Shown one piece after another: positions 60,852-64,000 of a DNA stretch of 64,000 nucleotides (position 1 is its first letter; every line of letters begins with the position of its first letter). Both the position numbers and the translations under genes were made by a program. Source of the DNA: Eledone cirrhosa (lineage: Eukaryota); contig OZ024743.1 in the NCBI GenBank assembly GCA_964016885.1, positions 94,364,001-94,428,000 of the forward strand. Reading direction: 5' to 3'. The notes beneath the pieces are model-generated. The model had not been told where the DNA came from and searched no databases. It was given only the letters and a program-made list of their open reading frames with translations.

Positions 60852-60940
60852 GTTGTAGAAGAAGAGGTGAAGGACCATCAAAAGGTATCCAATATGAGAG
60901 TAAGCGCTCAACCGTTAAGGAGCAAGTTAATGTAGTAAAC

Positions 60941-63018
60941 TCTATAGTAAAATATTTAACAAACACACCATCAAATTTTCGTATTCTACATCCTCCAATA
61001 TTTCCAACATCATCTCTAAACACAACAACAAAATATTAAATACTAAATCTCTTCCTTCCAATATTGAATTTCATAATAACAGTAATAGTACTCCCGACGT
61101 CATTGTAAACCCTAGGCTAACTTCTGTAAACCCAAATGCAACGTCAAACACAACTTCGCTAAATGTTCATAATCCAACTCTAAATCAAGAAACTATTATT
61201 CCTATTATTCCTATCGCAAACAACTTCTCCAATCCAATTCCTTCTATAGATAACACTAGATCACTCATTAATAATCTCTCTAATTGCAACTGCCGCATTA
61301 AAAATAAATGTCCTCTCAACAACCATTGCCTCGATAAAAACTTAATTTATGAATGTAAAATTATAACTAGCACCAATTCCTTCACCTATTTTGGCTCCAC
61401 TTCCACCTCTTTTAAAGCTCGTCTCTATAATCATCATTCATCTTTCAAATACAAACTTAAAAGAACTAACACTGCTCTCTCAGAACTCATATGGTCCTTA
61501 AAAGACAAAAACATTAAATATAACATCTTTTGGAAAAAGATTTCTTCTGCATCCTCATACTTGAACAGCTCTCTATCTAAAAACTGTAATCTCTGCCTAA
61601 ATGAAAAATTTACCATTATCTCTAACCTAGAATCCATAATAAATAGACGCTCAGATTTGTTTTCTATCTGCCTGCATAAATTCCATCGAACTTTTCACAA
61701 AGTATACAGTTAATATTCAATTCTTTATCAATTTAGAATCTTTTCTCAAAGGCACATATACATACACCTCTTTAAAATATACCCATCTACCTTACTTTAA
61801 AGGGCATTATACACTCTATAATACTCGTTTACTCATTACCCTCATTCTATCTTCTCGTAAAACAATAACATTTGTTATTGACATTTTGAATATTCATCCG
61901 CAATCATTATTATTTTTTCTCTCTATCATAAATCTTTTTAATCTCAATTTCATCCTTAATTTATTATTATTTTTTTTTTTTTTAATATATACCCATATAT
62001 TCTTTAAAATATACCCATCTACCTTTCTTTAAAGGGCATTATACACTCTATAATACTCGTTTACTCATTACCCTCATTCTATCTTCTCGTAAAACAATAA
62101 CATTTGTTTTTGACATTTTGAATATTCATCCGCAATCATTATTATTTTTTCTCTCTATCATAAATCTTTTTAATCTCAATTTCATCCTTAATTTATTATT
62201 ATTTTTTTCTCCCCATCAACGAACTCATTATTAATACATATGAATTCAATATACAAACTTTAACTTCACATTATTTTTCTCAAATCCTTCTACACATAAA
62301 CCTTAACATTTTTCTCTTTGCTAATTTTGAAATTGCCACTATACATACATTTCTTCTTTTGACGTTAGAATATTCACCCACAATTATTATTTTTTCTCTC
62401 TATCTTCATACATAATTTCCCTTCGTTAATTTTCAAATTCCTTTAATTTATACATTATCTTCCAACGGTTCCCAACCTCTCTATATTAAAACATTATATC
62501 TTTTTCTCAGTTATAAAAACTATCTCTTTCTCTCTATCACCCATCTCTCCCTTTCCACCTTCACTCTCATCTCCTCCCCCTTTTTTTCATCCTTTCCACC
62601 CCCCCCTCCCTAAATAAAATATTTTTTCCTCGCACATATCCTCCCTTCGTTAATTTTCAAAATTTTTAATTTATACAGTATCTTCCAACGGTTTTCAACC
62701 CCTCTATATAAAATATATCTCCTCTCAGTTATAAAAACTATCTCTTTCTCTCTATCACCCATCTCTCCCTCTCATCTCCTTCCCTTTTCATCCTTTCCCC
62801 CCCCCTCTCTAAATAAAATATTTTTCCCAATATCACACATCAATCTAAAACCACTTTTCATATGTTGATTTAAAACTGCACTATCAAGTGTTTTTTAGCC
62901 TTCATATCATGTTCTCCTGTTTTATCTGATGAAAACACAAATATTATTGTTTGATGATGTTTGTTTTTGAAATGCGCATAATAAAATATATGGAACTCCT
63001 TTAACCATCTTTTGATCT

Positions 63019-63026
<8 letters not shown>
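60941..63026 (+). repeat. Inverted copy of the element's endonuclease region and 3' region
   Basis: Reverse complement of 57131-59221 apart from homopolymer length changes and a 3-nt indel. Confidence 0.97.
62919..62987 (+). ncRNA. Type-I hammerhead ribozyme (inverted-arm copy)
   Basis: CTGATGA 62926-62932, GAAA 62969-62972, palindrome tgcgca, cleavage triplet AUA. Confidence 0.8.
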
Positions 63027-63059
<33 letters not shown>

Positions 63060-63290
63060 GAAACACACAGATACATGCGGACACACACATATATACATGA
63101 ATGCATCCGCACCCAACTGTGAGTTAAGGGTGCCAACTTCACCGATGTTGCTCAATGAATGACTGGGACAGACCAATTCAGTTTGAACCAGACTGAACCA
63201 GTATCAGAGTTAAAAATACATTATGAAGAGAGAAGAAACATTTAGATATAATTAGTAATAAAATGTATCATACCTAAACTGTTCCTAAAT

Positions 63291-63378
63291 TCCTCGACTA
63301 CGTAGTTTCGTGGCATAAACAAAAACAATATATCAAAGATATAGAGTCCTTGCGAGGTCTGCCGACTTATCAAGAGGA
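63291..63378 (-). ncRNA. Hammerhead ribozyme candidate with U3-A8 core variant
   Basis: tcctc-TTGATAA-gtcggca..tgccac-GAAA-ctacgtag-TC-gagga. Confidence 0.7.
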
Positions 63379-63881
63379 TACCTCATTTTACTAGTCTCAA
63401 GAACGCGTCTACACGACGTGAGAAAGAATCCCAAAAGGCGGAGGGGGAGATAGTCACGCGATATAACGGTCGAGAAACAGAGCTAAGCCTCTTATAACCA
63501 CGAAGAAAATACCACGGAGGCGGAGGGGGTGTTCATATCGAGGCCGTAGAAGAGGTAGTGAAGAAGGCGAGAAGTATGAGTAATGGAAGCTTTCCAGTTG
63601 TCCCCACACTTCAAAGATTGCTCGACCAGAGGGAGTTATTAATATATTTAGAAACACACAGATACATGCGGACACACACATATATACATGAATGCATCCG
63701 CACCCAACTGTGAGTTAAGGGTGCCAACTTCACCGATGTTGCTCAATGAATGACTGGGACAGACCAATTCAGTTTGAACCAGACTGAACCAGTATCAGAG
63801 TTAAAAATACATTATGAAGAGAGAAGAAACATTTAGATATAATTAGTAATAAAATGTATCATACCTAAACTGTTCCTAAAT

Positions 63882-63969
63882 TCCTCGACTACGTAGTTTC
63901 GTGGCATAAACAAAAACAATATATCAAAGATATAGAGTCCTTGCGAGGTCTGCCGACTTATCAAGAGGA
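63882..63969 (-). ncRNA. Second copy of the U3-A8 hammerhead candidate
   Basis: Same sequence as 63291-63378, offset 591. Confidence 0.7.
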
Positions 63970-64000
63970 TACCTCATTTTACTAGTCTCAAGAACGCGTC

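Larger units (their letters stand above)
57045..63026 (-). mobile_element. Penelope-like retroelement (Naiad-type features) with inverted partial copy, bounded by (TA)n
   Basis: Open RT+GIY-YIG ORF, ~1.4 kb AT-rich 3' region with hammerhead, and 57131-59221 mirrored at 60941-63026. Confidence 0.93.
63051..64000 (-). repeat. 591-bp tandem repeat (at least 1.6 units, runs off the window), one hammerhead per unit
   Basis: 63061 onward recurs at 63652 onward with no difference seen. Confidence 0.95.

Noticed and set aside
58449-60911. Selenoprotein-type Naiad or telomerase
   Set aside because: No in-frame TGA in the ORF; GIY-YIG and the Penelope layout exclude TERT.
63454-63681. 75-aa ORF in the terminal tandem repeat
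   Set aside because: Spans the unit junction, starts in low-complexity sequence and has no recognisable motif.

Overview
AT-rich, microsatellite-dense eukaryotic (animal) genomic DNA with spliceosomal GT-AG introns. The repeat landscape looks molluscan, most like Octopus; this is inferred, not proven. Three minus-strand, intron-containing tyrosinase-like genes lie in tandem: gene 1 CDS 4961-11759, gene 2 CDS 18755-23085, gene 3 CDS 47031-51365. Reconstructed by hand, each encodes signal peptide, type-3 copper domain (all six His), a Cys-rich domain, a Thr-rich mucin-like stalk and a terminal chitin-binding (CBM14/peritrophin-A-like) exon. The CuA exon and the terminal exon are not in the ORF track in the right frame. 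Gene 3 belongs to a recent near-identical duplication (11933-~29440 repeated at 37849-~57045) whose breakpoint lies in intron 1 of gene 1. The rest is mobile DNA: Tx1/L1-like 3' fragments sitting in (TCTA)n, CRE-like, RTE-BovB-like and RTE-like LINEs, many SINEs, hAT and TA-flanked MITEs, a non-autonomous Helitron, and a Penelope-like (Naiad-type) element with an open RT+GIY-YIG ORF and a ~2.1 kb inverted repeat. Several minimal type-I hammerhead ribozyme motifs were found by eye. One is a compensatory U3-A8 core variant carried once per unit in a 591-bp tandem repeat at the window end, which resembles a retrozyme array. No database searches or folding programs were run; family names come from motif recognition.
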